DNA of 34,761 bases from Halobacteriales archaeon (GTDB lineage Archaea > Halobacteriota > Halobacteria > Halobacteriales > Hikarchaeaceae): the NCBI GenBank assembly GCA_042219105.1, contig JBDGQL010000146.1:1-34761 (forward strand). Direction: 5' to 3'. Under the pieces are notes generated by a model. The model was not told the DNA's origin. It was given only the letters and a program-made list of their open reading frames with translations, and made no database searches. Of this stretch, positions 32,557 through 34,761 are shown in pieces. Each line of letters starts with the position of its first letter. Position 1 is the first letter of the stretch. The position numbers and the translations under genes are program-made.

Positions 32557-34761
32557 TCAGACGCGCCGTCGCGCGAACAGAAGCACCGCGATCAGCGCGG
32601 CCAGGGCGACCCCGATCCCGAATCCGGGCGCGTCCCCGGAGATAGTGTCGGAGCGCTCGGTGACGTTGACGGTCACCGTCGTCGTGCTCGTCGCGCCGTC
32701 GTCGTCAGTCACGCGGAGTCCGATGGTCTGCTCGCCGGTGGCGTCAAACGAGACACTCGCCGTCGGCCCGGTCGCGTCGTCGTACTGTCCGTCACCATCG
32801 AGGTCCCACTCGTAGGACGCGATGCTCCCGTCAGAGTCGGTGCTTGCCGTGCCGTCGAGCGTGACAGTTTCGTTCACCTCCACTGTGTCGACGCCCGTTG
32901 AGAACGAGGCCGTCGGCGGCGCGTTGAGGTTGATCTGAGCGGTCGGGAAGCTGTCACCGACCCGGACGCCGTGCGTGTAGCTTCCAGCAGCCACCCCACT
33001 GGTGGGCACCTCGAAAGTCACCTGTGTCGAGTTGCCCCCGCCGAGCGTGACCGTTTGGTTGGCGAGAACGTTACCGCCGAAGACGAACTCGACGGTAGTA
33101 TTACCCTCTATATCGTTGACGTTGGAGACCGTCGCGCTCACGGTGATCGTATCACCCGGCACGGCCGTTCCGGGCGCCGAGAGGTTCGACACCTCGAACG
33201 TCGCCGACTCTTGAATGCTAATGTTGGCGAACCGGCTGTCGTTGGTGACTTGGATCCCGTGCTCGTAGGTGCCCAGTTCGACGCCATCAGTCGACACCGG
33301 GAAGCTCACTTGCGTCGAGTTGCCGCCATCGAGCGTGACAGTCTGGCTGAGGAGGACAGTGCCGTTGAAGACGAACTCGGCGGTAGTCGTACCCCCCAGA
33401 TCACCGACGTTGGAAATCGTCGCGCTCACCGTGACGTTCTCGCCCGGTACGGCCGCTTCGGGCGCCGAGAGGTCCGACACCTCGAACGTCGCGGGCTGCT
33501 GGATAGTGATGTTAGCGAACTGGCTGTCGTTCCCGGCCTGCACGCCGTGCTCGTACATGCCCGGAGCAACACCAGCGGTGGGCACCGCGAAGCTCACCTG
33601 CGTCGAGTTGCCGGCGCCGAGCGCGACGGTCTGGTTGAGAAGGACGTTACCGCCGAACACGAACTCGGCGTCCGTAGTACCCTCAACATCGCCGACGTTA
33701 CTCACAGTTGCATTCACCGTGATCGTGTCGCCAGCCGTCGCGTTCGGTGGCGCCGAGAGGTTCGACACCTCGAACGTCGCGGGCTGCTGGATGGTGATGT
33801 TGGCGAACTGGCCGCTGGTTCCGGCCTGCACGCCGTGCTCGTACGTGCCCGGAGCAACACCAGCGGTGGGCACCGCGAAGCTCACCTGCGTCGAGTTGCC
33901 GGCGCCGAGCGCGACGGTCTGGTTGAGAAGGACGTTACCGCCGAACACGAACTCGGCGTCCGTAGTACCCTCAACATCGCCGACGTTACTCACAGTTGCA
34001 TTCACCGTGATCGTCTCGCCCGCGGTCGCGTTCGGTGGCGCCGACAGCCCCGACACCGAGAAGTTCGCCGTCCCCGGCGCGACGACGGTGAGTGTCTTTC
34101 TTACCGTGTCGGTCGCGCTATCGTTGTCGGTCACCCGGAGGCCCACGGTCTTGTTGCCCGGCGAGTCGAAGGTGGTGAACTGCTCGATGGCCATGTTTCC
34201 GTCGCCGTACTGGCCGTCACCATCGAGATCCCACTCGTATGAGGTGATGGATCCATCGGGGTCGGAACTCGCGGCCCCGAGCAACACGACGTTCTCACCG
34301 ACTGTCGGTTCGGTGGGGTCGATCGTGAAGTTGGCCGTCGGGGGCTGGTTCGCCGCCGCTGGGCTCCCGACGGTGAGCGTTGCGTCGTTAGTGTCGGTGA
34401 CGGTGTAGTCGATGCCCCTCTCGTCACCGAGCGCGCTTACTGACAGGTTCAGCCCGGTGGTGCCGTCGGCCAGCCCCTCGACGGTGATGGACGCGATGGT
34501 CACCGTCCCCGTGTCGGCGGTGTCCATCAGTCCGGCGTCGATGCTCACCGAGGAGTTGTCACTCGCGCGGGACACGTCCGAGAGGCCGGGACCCCCGGCG
34601 AGTTGGACATCCGTGATCTCCGCCACCGACGAATCGGTGAGTGACACCTCCGTCGTGTGGGCTCCGACACCGCCGTCGGCGCTCTCGACGACGACATCGA
34701 ACGTCGTCGTGTTCGAGACGTCCACCTGTGTGGAGTCGGGGGATAGACTCACCGCCGTCTG
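32557..34761 (-). CDS. Secreted cell-surface glycoprotein (cohesin-like, PKD, 4x CARDB-like, PKD, PGF-CTERM); 5-prime end outside the window
   Basis: No stop codon between the ORF and the window edge. PKD signatures (DPDGSITSYEWDLDGDGQYGDG and DSDGSIASYEWDLDGDGQYDD), four repeats of about 96 aa (ATFEVSNLSAP...TVNATVSNVGD.EGTT.AEFVF.GNVL.NQTV.LG.GNSTQVSF.VPT.GV..G.YEHGVQ), and the C-terminal sorting signal SGDAPGFGIGVALAALIAVLLFARRRV. Many N-x-S/T sequons. Confidence 0.85.
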   Translation of the reverse strand, partial: QTAVSLSPDSTQVDVSNTTTFDVVVESADGGVGAHTTEVSLTDSSVAEITDVQLAGGPGLSDVSRASDNSSVSIDAGLMDTADTGTVTIASITVEGLADGTTGLNLSVSALGDERGIDYTVTDTNDATLTVGSPAAANQPPTANFTIDPTEPTVGENVVLLGAASSDPDGSITSYEWDLDGDGQYGDGNMAIEQFTTFDSPGNKTVGLRVTDNDSATDTVRKTLTVVAPGTANFSVSGLSAPPNATAGETITVNATVSNVGDVEGTTDAEFVFGGNVLLNQTVALGAGNSTQVSFAVPTAGVAPGTYEHGVQAGTSGQFANITIQQPATFEVSNLSAPPNATAGDTITVNATVSNVGDVEGTTDAEFVFGGNVLLNQTVALGAGNSTQVSFAVPTAGVAPGMYEHGVQAGNDSQFANITIQQPATFEVSDLSAPEAAVPGENVTVSATISNVGDLGGTTTAEFVFNGTVLLSQTVTLDGGNSTQVSFPVSTDGVELGTYEHGIQVTNDSRFANISIQESATFEVSNLSAPGTAVPGDTITVSATVSNVNDIEGNTTVEFVFGGNVLANQTVTLGGGNSTQVTFEVPTSGVAAGSYTHGVRVGDSFPTAQINLNAPPTASFSTGVDTVEVNETVTLDGTASTDSDGSIASYEWDLDGDGQYDDATGPTASVSFDATGEQTIGLRVTDDDGATSTTTVTVNVTERSDTISGDAPGFGIGVALAALIAVLLFARRRV
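32917..34068 (-). repeat. Four tandem 288-bp CARDB-like coding repeats
   Basis: Period 288 bp. Repeats 1 and 2 (33493-34068) share a stretch of about 195 bp with only 1-2 mismatches (for example 33541-33735 versus 33829-34023). Repeats 3 and 4 are more diverged. Confidence 0.9.

Overview
Visibly GC-rich segment encoding very acidic proteins, with a PGF-CTERM surface protein and TATA boxes about 25-30 nt upstream of start codons. I read it as a haloarchaeal (class Halobacteria) chromosome; the genus cannot be determined from the sequence alone. The core (12.27-27.03 kb) is tRNA-Gly(GCC), a SPOUT-type RNA methyltransferase, and the complete archaeal ribosomal-protein supercluster rpl3 to rpl15 plus secY: 24 tightly packed + strand genes including RNase P Rpp29, many with ATGA or 4-nt overlaps. 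The left arm carries a zinc-ribbon/coiled-coil protein, a PP2C phosphatase, a wHTH regulator, an RND/MMPL transporter co-transcribed with a TrmB regulator, a SAM methyltransferase and a 943-aa Lhr-type helicase. The right end is a partial cohesin-PKD-4xCARDB-PKD-PGF-CTERM surface glycoprotein. There are two lower-GC accessory islets. (i) 10.6-12.3 kb, between lhr and tRNA-Gly: an IS110 transposase fragment, a PIN/RHH toxin-antitoxin pair and a tRNA-end-like inverted repeat. (ii) 27.0-32.5 kb, directly after secY: a TumE-like/HTH pair, an AbiEi/AbiEii-like pair whose nucleotidyltransferase carries one in-frame TAG, a nest of small palindromic elements, an ORB-like palindrome-rich non-coding region, and an orc1/cdc6 gene destroyed by a MITE insertion plus an in-frame TGA. 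This second islet looks like a decaying integrated replicon. The most unusual features are at least five families of 80-113 bp palindromic MITE-like elements (12 copies, several 100% identical, some nested or abutting start codons and promoters) and a helix-hairpin-helix module present three times inside ribosomal proteins (fused to the eS4 C-terminus, duplicated at the eL32 N-terminus). No rRNA, CRISPR array or cas genes were seen. All family assignments come from motif recognition by eye; no database search was possible.
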